From Thermodesulfobacteriota bacterium (GTDB lineage: Bacteria; Desulfobacterota; Desulfarculia; JACQYL01): 64,000 nt of DNA. Below are positions 39,709 to 49,777 of the stretch, piece by piece. Location of the stretch: positions 3,616,001-3,680,000 of the forward strand of contig CAXXLZ010000002.1 of assembly GCA_963675595.2 (NCBI GenBank), read 5' to 3'. A program made the translations under genes and the position numbers. Below the pieces are notes generated by a model. That model ran no database searches. It was given only the letters and a program-made list of their open reading frames with translations, and was not told the DNA's origin. Every line of letters starts with the position of its first letter. Positions within the stretch are counted from its first letter, which is position 1.

Positions 39709-40581
39709 ATGCCGAGTTCGGACATCCGTCCACTGGCCGACATCAAAGAGATTCTAACGCGACTGTCGCTGGAAGCCTTTGGGGACGAAGGCCTGCTGAG
39801 TTACGAACATTTCCGAGACCGTGATTTCGGTGAGATTTCCATTTCGGAAAAGGAATATGAAATCACCGAAAACGACAACGAAGTCTTGAGGACGGTGTCG
39901 CGGGTTCTTAAAGAGGTGGTGGACCAACTGGCGGTGGCGGAGGATTCCATCGACCGAGTCGGCCCGGAAGAGAGCTTCGAACGAAACAGCGTCGCGGCCA
40001 AAATCACCTACAAGCGAGCGCTGTATATGGTCCGCCTGGACAAGTTTTGCGAAGCGGCCAAGGCCGCGGCATTCGCCATGGACTATATTACCGACGCGGC
40101 TCCCCAGCTCAAGCTCGAGCCCCAGAAGATCATCGAGCCCGCGGTGGTGATGGCCGTGGGGCTTCTTGAGGAAACCTTCACCGCCTACATGAATCCCAAC
40201 CGGTACGTGGAAAGCGATTGCCCCTCCAGCTGCGGTTACTGTCAGGACCCTGTTTCCACGGTGGCCCAGTATTGCACTCAGTACCTGGAAAGTCTGGGAG
40301 CGGGGGACATTACCATCAAACAAATCTGGGAGACGGCTGCGGCCATGTTGGGGGGGTATCTGAAATCGAAAGGGGGAGATCTCCTCAAGATGAGTTTTCC
40401 GGAGCACATCTCCCGAAAAGCCGTAACCGCGTACAAGTTGATCCTCTACCACGGCAAAGCCGATAAGGAGATGGTGCTCGCGGCGGTGGAACATTACGCT
40501 CGCAAACTCAGAGCGTGCGAACTGGATTTCTTTATCAGCCAATATTCCGAGGAAACCCCGGTCATACCGCATGATTTTTGA
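39709..40581 (+). CDS. Hypothetical protein with CPSSCGYC motif
   Basis: RBS AAGGAG; 290 aa acidic, helical-looking sequence. Confidence 0.75.
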   Translation: MPSSDIRPLADIKEILTRLSLEAFGDEGLLSYEHFRDRDFGEISISEKEYEITENDNEVLRTVSRVLKEVVDQLAVAEDSIDRVGPEESFERNSVAAKITYKRALYMVRLDKFCEAAKAAAFAMDYITDAAPQLKLEPQKIIEPAVVMAVGLLEETFTAYMNPNRYVESDCPSSCGYCQDPVSTVAQYCTQYLESLGAGDITIKQIWETAAAMLGGYLKSKGGDLLKMSFPEHISRKAVTAYKLILYHGKADKEMVLAAVEHYARKLRACELDFFISQYSEETPVIPHDF

Positions 40582-40740
40582 GGTTCCCGCCGGGAAATCG
40601 ACCTTTTCCTGGATATTCGAGTATTGGGTGACTTTTCGATCCGGCCGGCGCAGCTCTCTCCGCGCATGCACTCTTGACTTCTTTGGGCGGCTTGCCTATG
40701 AGTCTGTTCCCAAATGAACATCCACGACCCGAGGAACTAC

Positions 40741-42204
40741 ATGAAACGCATCACCTACTACAGCACCAACAACCGAGCGGAGAGCGCCGGTTTCCAGGAA
40801 GCCCTCATGCGGGGACTTGCCTCCAATTACGGCCTGTATATGATGGATCGTCGGGACATCCCCAAACTGTCCAAAGAGACGATTCAGTCGATGGCGGGAA
40901 AATCGTACGCTGAAACGGCTTGTGAGGTCCTCCATCCCTACCTTGTTTCCGAGATGCCGGAATCCGACGCGCAGACCCTCTTGGAAGACGCGTACGACGA
41001 ACGTGTGATCCCCACGAAGGTGCAACACGTAACGGGCGAGACTTCCATCATGTGGCTCACCCGGGGGCCCACCTACTCTTTCAAAGATTACGCCGCGAGA
41101 TTCTTTGGGCGTACGTTGAACTATTTCCTCGGCCGGACCGGCCGGAAGCGCGTGGTGTTGGTGGCCACCAGCGGCGATACCGGCGGCGCGGTGGCTGATG
41201 CCCTCCATGGCTTGGACAACGTGGACAACGTGGTCTTCTACCCCAGGACCTCCATCAGCGAGCGCCAGAGGAGGCAAATGACCACCCTGGGCGGCAATGT
41301 GTTCGCCGTGGCGGTGAACGGAGACTTCGATGTGTGTCAATCTCTGGTGAAGCGGCTTCTGGGCGATAAGGCGCTGGCGGAAGAGCTTTTTCAGGATGCC
41401 GATCGCTTCACCTCGGCCAACAGCATCAGCTTGGGGCGACTGCTGCCTCAGGCGGTCTACCCGTTCTATGCCTATTCCAGAGTGGCGACATTTGACGCAC
41501 CCATGATCGCCTCCGTACCCTCGGGCAACTTCGGAGATATGATGGGGACCGTCATTGCCCGGGAAATGGGGCTCCCCATCGGCAAGATCGTATGCGGGGT
41601 CAATGAGAACACGGAATTCCCCGACTTTCTGGAAACCGGGCGGTACGTTGTCCGCCCGTCCGTCGAATCACCCTCGTCGGCCATGATTGTATCCAACCCC
41701 AGCAACTTGGCGCGACTCATCGATCTTTACGGCGGTCACATCCATGATGAACGAGATCCCGATTCGGGGAAGGTCGTCTGCGAAGGGGTGATCGACCGGA
41801 TGCCCGACCTGGACGCCATGCGCAGGGACCTGTATTCCGTGGGGATTATGAATCCGCAGCATTTCGAGACCATTCGGGAAGTCTACGAAACGTACGGGGT
41901 GCTGCTGGATCCGCACGGGGCCGTGGGATGGCGGAGCCTTGATCTGTTTCTCGGCGGACGGCACGATCGACCGGCGGTGATTTATGAGACCGCGGATCCC
42001 GGAAAATTTCCCGAAGACATCCTGAAAGCCGTTGGGTTCCTTCCGCCGGTGCCGGCGGGTATGGCGGCCCAAGCGAACCTTGAAGAGCGGATTTACCAAG
42101 TGACCCGCGATCCCGGGCGGAAAAACGGGGCGCAGGTCCTCAGCGACGAGCAGTATCAGGAAGCCGGGGACCTGCTGCGGTCCATTTATTCCCGGAACGT
42201 TTAG
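40741..42204 (+). CDS. thrC: Threonine synthase
   Basis: YYSTN, GPTYSFKD (PLP Lys), VATSGDTGGAVA, SANSISLGRL, VPSGNFG, DPHGAV; start at 40741 (RBS GAGG) or 40714. Confidence 0.95.
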   Translation: MKRITYYSTNNRAESAGFQEALMRGLASNYGLYMMDRRDIPKLSKETIQSMAGKSYAETACEVLHPYLVSEMPESDAQTLLEDAYDERVIPTKVQHVTGETSIMWLTRGPTYSFKDYAARFFGRTLNYFLGRTGRKRVVLVATSGDTGGAVADALHGLDNVDNVVFYPRTSISERQRRQMTTLGGNVFAVAVNGDFDVCQSLVKRLLGDKALAEELFQDADRFTSANSISLGRLLPQAVYPFYAYSRVATFDAPMIASVPSGNFGDMMGTVIAREMGLPIGKIVCGVNENTEFPDFLETGRYVVRPSVESPSSAMIVSNPSNLARLIDLYGGHIHDERDPDSGKVVCEGVIDRMPDLDAMRRDLYSVGIMNPQHFETIREVYETYGVLLDPHGAVGWRSLDLFLGGRHDRPAVIYETADPGKFPEDILKAVGFLPPVPAGMAAQANLEERIYQVTRDPGRKNGAQVLSDEQYQEAGDLLRSIYSRNV

Positions 42205-42224
42205 TCCGACGGCGCGACTTCCCG

Positions 42225-43829
42225 TCAATCCATCGGGCAAAAGGGGTCCCGATCTTGGAAGGGGTCCAGCCCGAGGCTTGAGGTAACGGCAAGGCAGCCC
42301 CCACAGACCGGGCGCAATTCGCAGGCGTGACAGGCGCGGCTTCCGGCTCGGTATTTCCGAGCCGCTTGGGATTCGTACACCGAAGTCAGACCTTCCGTGA
42401 ACACGTTCCCTAATGGAGAGGGAAACTTGCGGCATGCGTGAGCTTCTCCATCGGGCAGCACGCTCATGAAATTGAAGGCCGCGCCGCAGCCGAACCCCGT
42501 GCACCCTCCGAACGGATCCAATCCCCTGCGGAGGCGGGTCGTCTCCAGCAGATTGTCCTTGAGTCCCAGAATGGGATTGGAGAGGCTCGCCTCAAGATAC
42601 TCACTCAAAAAAGCGTGAAAATCTTCCGGGGTCGGAAGGAGAAGATTGGCTCCTTCGCCTACCAGGGACAGCCGGTTAAAGGTGAAGAGATCGACGTGAT
42701 TTCGAAGCACCTCCGCAAGAGGCAGCACCTGGGGAAGATTTTCGCGCGTAAGGGTGAGCATCACCATGGAGTAGACATTCAGCTCCCGAAGGACCTTCAG
42801 GAAGTTCATCACTCGATCGAAATGCCCCGTTCCCCGAATGTAGTCGTTGTGCTCCGGAAGTCCCTCGAGGCTCACCTGAAAAAACAAGAGCGGTTCGATG
42901 GCGAGCAGTTCCTTGATGTGATGTTTGGGAGCGGGATTTCCCAGGATCGCAAGGCCGAAGCCCCGTTCCGCGGCCGCACGGTATAATTGGGAAAATTGAG
43001 GGTAAAGCAGCGGATTGCCGCCGCTGAAGGACACTTGGCCTCGCACGTTACGAGTTCGACAGAAATCATGGAAATCGTCGAGCAGGACAAGCGCCTTGTT
43101 CCAGTCCATGGCTTCGCGTTCGCTTCGGTCGTAACAGTGTCTGCAGTGCAGATCGCATCGTTGAGTCACGTGCCACTGCAGGGTGAACACCTGGGCGGAC
43201 ACAAATTCCTCGTCCCATTCCTTTCCCAAAGGAAAGTCCTCTCGGGTTCTGCGGATGCCCGACGGCGGGGCCTGCAGAATGCCTTTGCGCACGGCCCGGT
43301 CCAGGGAGGCGTCCATCACCTTGACGGCGACACGGGCTTCTCGGGCGGCGTCCTGAAGGTTCCTTTCCTCCACCACCAGCTTCAGCGCCAGCAGGTCGTC
43401 GTCCGTGGCCGGACGGACAAGAACCCGTTGATCCCACGGCCGTTTCCACACGAGAATCAGCTCTTCGGCGGGGCCCGGGTCGGCGGGATCGCCGTGTCCG
43501 TTGAATGCGGGCAAGGAAGCGAGGCCGGTCCATGAAGTCCGGACCAGGGACAAGGAAGGGTTTACCATGATTTCCGATACTTCGGACGCGGCGGGGAGCA
43601 ATGAGTTTTCAGCGGAACGGACCGCCTGTTCCAAACGGGCCAGATCGGGTGCATAGGGCGGGATGCGTCCGAGGTTCGCACTTTCGGAAAGAAATACCAG
43701 GAACTCTTCCTCCGAAAGATCGCAGGAAGCCTCCGCTCTCCAGGAATCCTTCTTGTCGGATTCGAGCAGGGAAAGGGTCCGAGGGAACAGCCGCCGGGTA
43801 GGATTTTCGGGAGGAGGTTTCGTGGTCAT
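42225..43829 (-). CDS. sbtM: Radical SAM/SPASM peptide maturase, SbtM (thio/selenooxazole RiPP) type
   Basis: FTLQWHVTQRCDLHCRHCYDRS; SPASM GGCTGFGCGAAFN...CRKF...CHACELRPVCGGC...DPFC; N-terminal VNPSL...DLLALKLV region typical of this family. Confidence 0.85.
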   Translation of the reverse strand: MTTKPPPENPTRRLFPRTLSLLESDKKDSWRAEASCDLSEEEFLVFLSESANLGRIPPYAPDLARLEQAVRSAENSLLPAASEVSEIMVNPSLSLVRTSWTGLASLPAFNGHGDPADPGPAEELILVWKRPWDQRVLVRPATDDDLLALKLVVEERNLQDAAREARVAVKVMDASLDRAVRKGILQAPPSGIRRTREDFPLGKEWDEEFVSAQVFTLQWHVTQRCDLHCRHCYDRSEREAMDWNKALVLLDDFHDFCRTRNVRGQVSFSGGNPLLYPQFSQLYRAAAERGFGLAILGNPAPKHHIKELLAIEPLLFFQVSLEGLPEHNDYIRGTGHFDRVMNFLKVLRELNVYSMVMLTLTRENLPQVLPLAEVLRNHVDLFTFNRLSLVGEGANLLLPTPEDFHAFLSEYLEASLSNPILGLKDNLLETTRLRRGLDPFGGCTGFGCGAAFNFMSVLPDGEAHACRKFPSPLGNVFTEGLTSVYESQAARKYRAGSRACHACELRPVCGGCLAVTSSLGLDPFQDRDPFCPMD

Positions 43830-44148
43830 AAGGACGCCTCCCTTTTCAACAGCCTGCAATGATGCGACGTTCTCGACGGGCTGTTTCGATGAGACCGGCG
43901 GGCCCCCTTCGGGGCCTACCGGAATTTCTTGCGGTTCATTATACTCGGGGCGCGAAAAGGCGAGGGCGTCTTAATGAATCGATGGCCCGACCGTCTCAGG
44001 CCGGGGAAAACGCAGTCTGTTCGCCAAAGGCGAATTGCGCTTCCTCTTTCGTCACTTCGGTGTACCCTTTCGTACGCCTCGTTTCTCGGGATTGGCGCCA
44101 TGCATCTTATCAATGATTGCCGGACTGCGGTTCGAGCCTTTCAAACCT

Positions 44149-44176
44149 AAAAAGGGCGTCTTTACGAAAGGCGCCC
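44149..44176 (-). terminator. Intrinsic terminator after the SbtA-like precursor
   Basis: Minus strand GGGCGCCTTT-CGT-AAAGACGCCC-TTTTT. Confidence 0.75.
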
Positions 44177-44207
44177 ACCGGGTGAAGGATCCACCCGAAT
44201 CCCGCGT

Positions 44208-44453
44208 TTACTTGGTTTCGGCGGCCGGCGCAACGGCTTCCGCGTTCGCGGGAGCATCACCGGTATTCTCTTCCGCCGCAGTTTCCGCAGGCTGTTGTTC
44301 TTCCTGCGCCGCCGCGGTTTCCGCGGGCTGCTGTTGCTCCTGGATTACGGGTTCGGCCGCGGAATCACCGTCCGCGAACGCCGGAACCACACCCGACATA
44401 AGAACGGCGATGCAAAACCCAACGAGTATTCTTTTAAGGTTTTTCTTGTCCAT
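44208..44453 (-). CDS. SbtA-like RiPP precursor with conserved leader and an acidic repeat core lacking Cys/Sec
   Basis: MDKKNLKRILVGFCIAVLMSG leader directly upstream of sbtM; RBS GGAG; ends in TAA with no in-frame TGA. Confidence 0.75.
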   Translation of the reverse strand: MDKKNLKRILVGFCIAVLMSGVVPAFADGDSAAEPVIQEQQQPAETAAAQEEQQPAETAAEENTGDAPANAEAVAPAAETK

Positions 44454-45329
44454 GTGTAATCTCCGATGAAATAGGGCTGATAGCGAGCCTCGCACCACTC
44501 GATCCCGAGTAGGAAGCGATTCTATCAGCAAACAGGGGACAAGAAAATGGGTACTTGTTCACTTATGGGGTCCGGCGTCAAAGAAAATCACGACCCTGAT
44601 TTCGCATCAAAACACGCCGTGAAGATCTCCGGAGAGATGTTCACGGCGGACGGCCCGATCGATCCTCATGCATCGGGACAAGGGCTTGGGAGCGATCGTA
44701 ATGGGAACATGCGGCCCGGTTGGTGCCCGACCTCCCGTTCGGGGAAGTCTCAACGCCCGGACCGCGATTCAGGACTCGGAGACGCAAACGTGATTACTTG
44801 CTCTCCGCGGGCATCTGCTGTTGCTCTTCACCCTCGGCGGGTTGAGCCTCTTTGGACTCGGTTTCCGACGGTTGCTGCTGATCCTGCGGGGTGCGGACCG
44901 CACCCTTCTTGGCGCCGCCTCACCCGGATTTCCCGGCTTCTTTCTTCACAGGCTCGGTACTCCCGGTACCGGGCTTTCCACCTCACCCACTACCTGCGAA
45001 AGCCAATCCCGAACCTGACACCAGAGTTGCGATGCACAACCCCGCCAGGGTCTTTTTCAGTTCCTTTTTGTCCATAAAAACTCCCCTGTTTTCAGCTTGT
45101 TGTTCCGAGAATCCTTCGTTCGTACGCGTCCCGATCACCAAATATTGTATCAGGTGGAAGGGCGTATGAGAAAATAAAAGATCGGGGATCGGGATCGTTT
45201 ACAGAATCTTTAATTAATGAAACCGATATATAGTGTTGGCGGATGTCGGGCAAGCAGGTGAGACGATGGAACGGAGAGGGGGTGAGGGCAACGAATCATT
45301 TAGCCACGCATCGATTGAGGAAGGGTCGG

Positions 45330-45502
45330 AAAGGAGAACGCTGTAACCGCAGGACCCCTTGTACGGGCTCCATCCCGCCTGTACGTTCCGAAGCGGAACC
45401 CGGGAGCTTCTTTGCCGATTCAGGAGATGTAAGGAACGCTGTAGATCAGCGAGAAAATCCATCTCTCCCGCAGCATCTCCGCCGAAGGCCGTGAATGATC
45501 AC
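45330..45502 (+). mobile_element. Degenerate, internally deleted MITE copy
   Basis: Aligns with 59540-59776 (GGGAGCTTCTTTGCCGATTCAGGAGATGT..., end GTGAATGATCAC) but lacks the terminal hairpin; left end unclear. Confidence 0.75.
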
Positions 45503-45524
45503 ACCCCAAGACCGGAGCCGCCGA

Positions 45525-45821
45525 TCACTTGTCCGCCGGCTTCACCACCAGGGTCAATCCATCCACCGCAGCGACGATCACTTTGGAGCCCGGAGAAATC
45601 TTGGATCCGCCGCGGGCGTTCCAGAGCTCATTCCCCAGAGTCACCTTCCCTTGGAGCCCGGACCAGTGTTTCACTTCGCCCTCTTTGCCGACCATCGCAT
45701 CGGGACCGCAGGCGGAAGCGCGATTACGGTTCTTGACGGCCCAATACAGGGGAAACACCACGTGCTCGACGAGCTCATAAGCCACGAAGCAAACCAGCAG
45801 AACAACCAACCAGTCACTCAT
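45525..45821 (-). CDS. NfeD-like small membrane protein (OB-fold)
   Basis: TM helix, then AMVGKEGEV...GKVTLGNELWNAR...GSKVIVAAVDGLTLVVKP. Confidence 0.85.
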   Translation of the reverse strand: MSDWLVVLLVCFVAYELVEHVVFPLYWAVKNRNRASACGPDAMVGKEGEVKHWSGLQGKVTLGNELWNARGGSKISPGSKVIVAAVDGLTLVVKPADK

Positions 45822-45954
45822 GAATCACCGGCCCTGAACGACGTCGAAGCAATGTTCAATCCGCGGTAAGCAAACTCGAGCGTGAAGGCTTCATTGGTTT
45901 TTTGTCGTGTGAAGCGGCAGCGTCGAGTCCTACCCGCCAAACACGGCTGAGACA

Positions 45955-46912
45955 TTATCTTCTTGAGGCGAAGTGCCGGGAGACGGCCTCCCTCACGAGG
46001 GAATAGAGCGATTTGATTTGCGACCGGGTCTTTGCCGCCGCCCGCACGAACCAACCTTGAAATCGAGGAAGGACCGATCCGGATAACAGCGTATGGAAAT
46101 TGGATAATGGGATGCGAGTCCATTTCAGGTTGAAACCTTGGGCCCATGGAAAAAAATCGGTGGGCCGGCGACGCGATAGGGTATTTGTCGGCCTGCTGTT
46201 TTGGCTCCGGCGAGGCTCGTAACTCTTGAGCGACGCCGAAGCCTTCGATGGAGGAGAATCCCGACCATTGACGGGCTCTTCGGATGAGCACGGTCTCAAG
46301 TCCGACCCATGACACCATAATTCAGTGAACACCCATTTGGGAAGACTTCGGAGATTGTCGAGAAAGGCTTTCTTGCTCAGGTCTGATACTTCGGATTCCC
46401 GGAATCCAAGAACAAGCACGCCGGATTCGACAACGGCCGATCCGCCGACGATGGTATCATTTCCGCCGTAGGTTTCCCAGGAGACCGTCGATTGAGGAGC
46501 AACCGATATCCGGTAACGTCCGAGCCGATAGATGGATTGATCGATTGTTTTCATCGAATAACGGCTTCGGTTTCGTTTTCGGGCATAGGCTATATTTCGT
46601 ATTTGTTCATCATCGACGGATAACCCGGTATCGCAGTCGAATATGGATGAGGACACGCAATAGTAAGGTGTCTTGTCCCATAAGGGCTGCTTGCTCAATA
46701 AATCGAAAAATTCCAACTTGAGAAAACCATGCCCTTCACTTCGTCGGCAACCCATGACGAGGATGTTTCCAAGAATCGTACAAGCTCCGCTGCGCTCCAT
46801 GCCCAAGCCCGAAGAAGCCTTCCACCACACGGAACCATCCGCATACTCGATGAGCAAATAGTCGTCCAAACGGTACATGGGTAGGTTGGCCATGAGTACC
46901 ATGCTTAGCATG
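45955..46912 (-). CDS. Hypothetical protein with two tandem homologous ~75-aa domains; start uncertain
   Basis: YRLDDYLL...LSKQPLWDKTPYYC repeated as YRLGRYRI...LRSLPKWVFTELWC. The ORF-track start at 47001 lies inside the MITE. Confidence 0.7.
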
Positions 46913-46989
46913 TTGAGCGTATAGAGGTCAAAATGATCAGAACAACCGGTGCTCACCGGGTGGATCTTGAGAAACGCAGCGGAAAATTT

Positions 46990-47237
46990 GTAGTCATTCA
47001 CGGGGGGGAACTTTCAAGAAGTTCCCCCCCCGTGCCCCCCAAAAAAAGTTTTTGGCGGGCCTCGCCGCCTTCGGCGGAGAGGCTGAGGGAGAGATCCCTT
47101 GCCGATATCCAACGCTTCTCACATCTCATGAATTCGCGCAATAGATCTCTATGTCGGCTTCGTCACGCCTGGCGGGACGGAGCCCGCATTGGGGGTCCGG
47201 GGGAACGGGTTCCCCCGGTGGCCCTGTGAATAAAAAC
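46990..47237 (-). mobile_element. MITE, 248 bp, 12-bp imperfect TIRs, 8-bp TSD
   Basis: GTAGTCATTCAC...GTGAATAAAAAC flanked by GAAAATTT at 46982-46989 and 47238-47245. Confidence 0.85.
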
Positions 47238-47583
47238 GAAAATTTAACAGGAAGGCAACCGGACGGAATCGCTGATGGGAAGGTGAAGCAGTCCGGCAAG
47301 TGGGTATGGAGAGTTTCATGGTGCGCTTTCGCAACTCGGGGGAATCTTGGAGAATTGCTTGCCGGAATGACTTTCGGGGAGCGGCGTTCACAGAGACGTC
47401 TAAAGAGATGGCGTGGAAGGGTTGCGGCAACACCCCTGCCGACGCCCGGAAATCGTCAATCCCCGTGGGGGGTCGCCTCTATATCATGCGTCGATGAGGC
47501 GGCCCCGGATTTCAAGCGCCGGGACCGCCGGAGCAAGTGAATCGGAACATCCCGCATGAATACTACAAGAAGAACCCTAACGA

Positions 47584-48843
47584 TCAAAGGGTCTGCAAGT
47601 CATACCAGTAACGCGCATTTTCCAGCGTTTTCAGCCCTCTCCCTCCCATCCAGAGGCCTATGACTTTCTGGTCGCGCCAGTGTTTTTCGATGTCGAACTC
47701 CCGGGCGTAACCGTAGGATCCCATGAAATCCATGGCTCTGCTGCACGCTCGTTCCACCGCTATGTTGGCATGCAGCGCCAGTCCTCGGGTTTTGAGAACG
47801 AAACGCTCATCCCAAGGTTCCCACTCATAGATTTCCGGATGATCCATTTCTCTGGCGTAGGTCCAGACCCATGCCGAGGTGGATTCTATGAGCATGGCGA
47901 CGTCGCAAAGCATGTCCGCGCACAGGCTGTGCTCTTTGAGCGGCTTCCCGGCGATTATTCTTTCCGTCGTCCATTTCTTGATGATCTCATAGACGTTCTT
48001 CATGATGCCGACGCACATGGCGGCGGAGGCAAGATTGCCCAGCGCAATGGTTCGTTTCCAATACTTGAAATCATTCCCGGGTCCGTGAAATCGATACCGT
48101 TTGGGAACCCGGACCTGTTCGAACCAGACGTCCGAATTCATATCCGCCGCCATACCGGCCTTCTGGTAGGCGTTTCCCACCGAGACGCCTTCCGTATCCC
48201 GCGGAACGAGGATCAGCGCGAAGTCGTTGGTGTCCGTGGAGCCCTTTTTCGTCGTGCATACGACCACGTAGAGATCGCCGACCTTGCCCGAGTTCGTGGG
48301 CCAAATCTTGTGTCCATTGATGATCCAATGATCCCCGTCCAGCGTGGCGGTGGTCTTTATGGTTTTTCCGTACATCCGCCCAAAGTTCTCGATATCGGCC
48401 CCACTGTTCGGTTCGGTCATCGCATGGCACCCCACATACAGGTCCGAACCGCAGTATTTGGGCCCGAACTCCATGCACAGTTCCATGTTGCGGTGCGGGC
48501 TCAGAAGCATGGGTACAAGGCCCCAGATGGAACAGATGCAGGCCGTTGCAAAGCCGGAATCGACCCGCGCCAGTTCTTCGCACACAAGAGCGGTAACGGT
48601 GGCCGGCTCAGGCATATCCAAGCCGCCCGCCTCCTTGGGAAAGAACGCCTTGTTGATCCCCAGGTCCACCAGAGCCTCTTTTAAAAGCGGCTCCACAAGA
48701 CGATGCTCCTTCCAGTCTTCATCCACCTGTTGACGAACGGGGACGTAACGAGCCTCAGCCCATTTCCTCACACCCTTGGCAAGATCATTCAGAAAATCGG
48801 GAACCCACTCTTTCGGTCGAATGAAGTCGTCGATGTTCGGCAT
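47584..48843 (-). CDS. Acyl-CoA dehydrogenase family protein
   Basis: EELARVDSG, AMTEPNSGAD, WIINGHKIWPTN, MGSYGYAREFDIEKHWRD; ATG 48843 after AAGGAG. Confidence 0.93.
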   Translation of the reverse strand: MPNIDDFIRPKEWVPDFLNDLAKGVRKWAEARYVPVRQQVDEDWKEHRLVEPLLKEALVDLGINKAFFPKEAGGLDMPEPATVTALVCEELARVDSGFATACICSIWGLVPMLLSPHRNMELCMEFGPKYCGSDLYVGCHAMTEPNSGADIENFGRMYGKTIKTTATLDGDHWIINGHKIWPTNSGKVGDLYVVVCTTKKGSTDTNDFALILVPRDTEGVSVGNAYQKAGMAADMNSDVWFEQVRVPKRYRFHGPGNDFKYWKRTIALGNLASAAMCVGIMKNVYEIIKKWTTERIIAGKPLKEHSLCADMLCDVAMLIESTSAWVWTYAREMDHPEIYEWEPWDERFVLKTRGLALHANIAVERACSRAMDFMGSYGYAREFDIEKHWRDQKVIGLWMGGRGLKTLENARYWYDLQTL

Positions 48844-48874
48844 GCTTCGGTCTCCTTTTCGGCAAAGATTTTTT

Positions 48875-49258
48875 GTACTCATTCACGGGGGGAATTTTTG
48901 AAAAAATTCCCCCCGTGCACCCCCCTTGAAACGTTTCAAGTAGGCCTCACCGCCTTCGGCGGAGAGGCTCCTTTTGTTACGAACCCGGTTACCCATTCAG
49001 TGAGAACGACCAACCTCGGTTGCGACGCGCCGGCGAGCAACCCGCTCAAAATGTTTGGGAAAGGGGCCGGGAAAGCCTTTTTCAGTAATCATTCACGGGG
49101 GGAACTCGTCTATCGTAGGGGCAGGCCATAGTGCCTGCCCAAGAGACGGCCGAAGGCCGACCTCCTCCTCTGTGCCCCCGGTGCCGGCGTTCCTCCGGCG
49201 ACCGTGTGAATAAGCACCTTTTTCAAAAGGTTGTCCCGGATACCCCCTGAATGGATAC
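48875..49258 (-). mobile_element. Composite MITE, 384 bp, containing a nested element
   Basis: GTACTCATTCAC...CTGAATGGATAC flanked by GATTTTTT at 48867-48874 and 49259-49266. Confidence 0.8.
49085..49217 (-). mobile_element. Nested MITE, 133 bp
   Basis: GTAATCATTCAC...GTGAATAAGCAC flanked by CTTTTTCA at 49077-49084 and 49218-49225. Confidence 0.82.
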
Positions 49259-49777
49259 GATTTTTTTGTGACGGCCGACCTTCCGGCCGGGGGAAGCCAT
49301 AAAAATCTTCTGTTGGCTCGGCACGCCGGCCCCGAAAGCGTTGGCCGAGGGAAATCTTAGGGGATACCGAATCGTCCGCACAATATGATGGATTCCTCCA
49401 GCTCCGGTTTACGGCTGTTTTCATCTCCCGGAGATTCGACAAACGGATTAAGGGATAGCTTTTCACTTATTCCCAAAGTATGTCAAGGCGGAAGGTCACA
49501 ACCGCGGGGTATCGATGTCGTCTGTTGCCCATACCGCTTTCTTTGGAAACCGAGACTCATGAAATCCATGGAATGAAATCATGATTTGGTGAATTGCCAT
49601 AGACTCGGGAAACTTGTAGGGTATGTCGATCCAAGAAGGAAAAGTGAGTTTGCCGGCGGCGGAAGCATGTTTTCACTATATTCATTCCAAAGGAAGGCTC
49701 GGAGCCGGGCTGACGAGAACAAAACAAAGGAATGAGCGGCCGCTAAAGCCGCAAGAACGGAGGATGAGCGAGAAGAA

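Noticed and set aside
44208-44453. Selenocysteine readthrough in the SbtA-like peptide
   Set aside because: Stop is TAA and there is no in-frame TGA; the two GGTGA strings are out of frame with the repeat-encoding frame.
44795-44890. PEP-CTERM-like tail (LLLFTLGGLSLFGLGFRR)
   Set aside because: No PEP motif, an in-frame stop lies just upstream and no body ORF exists; at most a decayed remnant.
46990-48882. ORF-track starts at 47001 (MNDYK) and 48882 (MSTKN)
   Set aside because: Both fall inside MITE terminal repeats; downstream starts are more plausible.
49380-49400. att-like duplicate of the tRNA-Ala 3' end left of the R-M cassette
   Set aside because: Only a short gapped match (ATGATGG-ATTC), within chance; no integrase.
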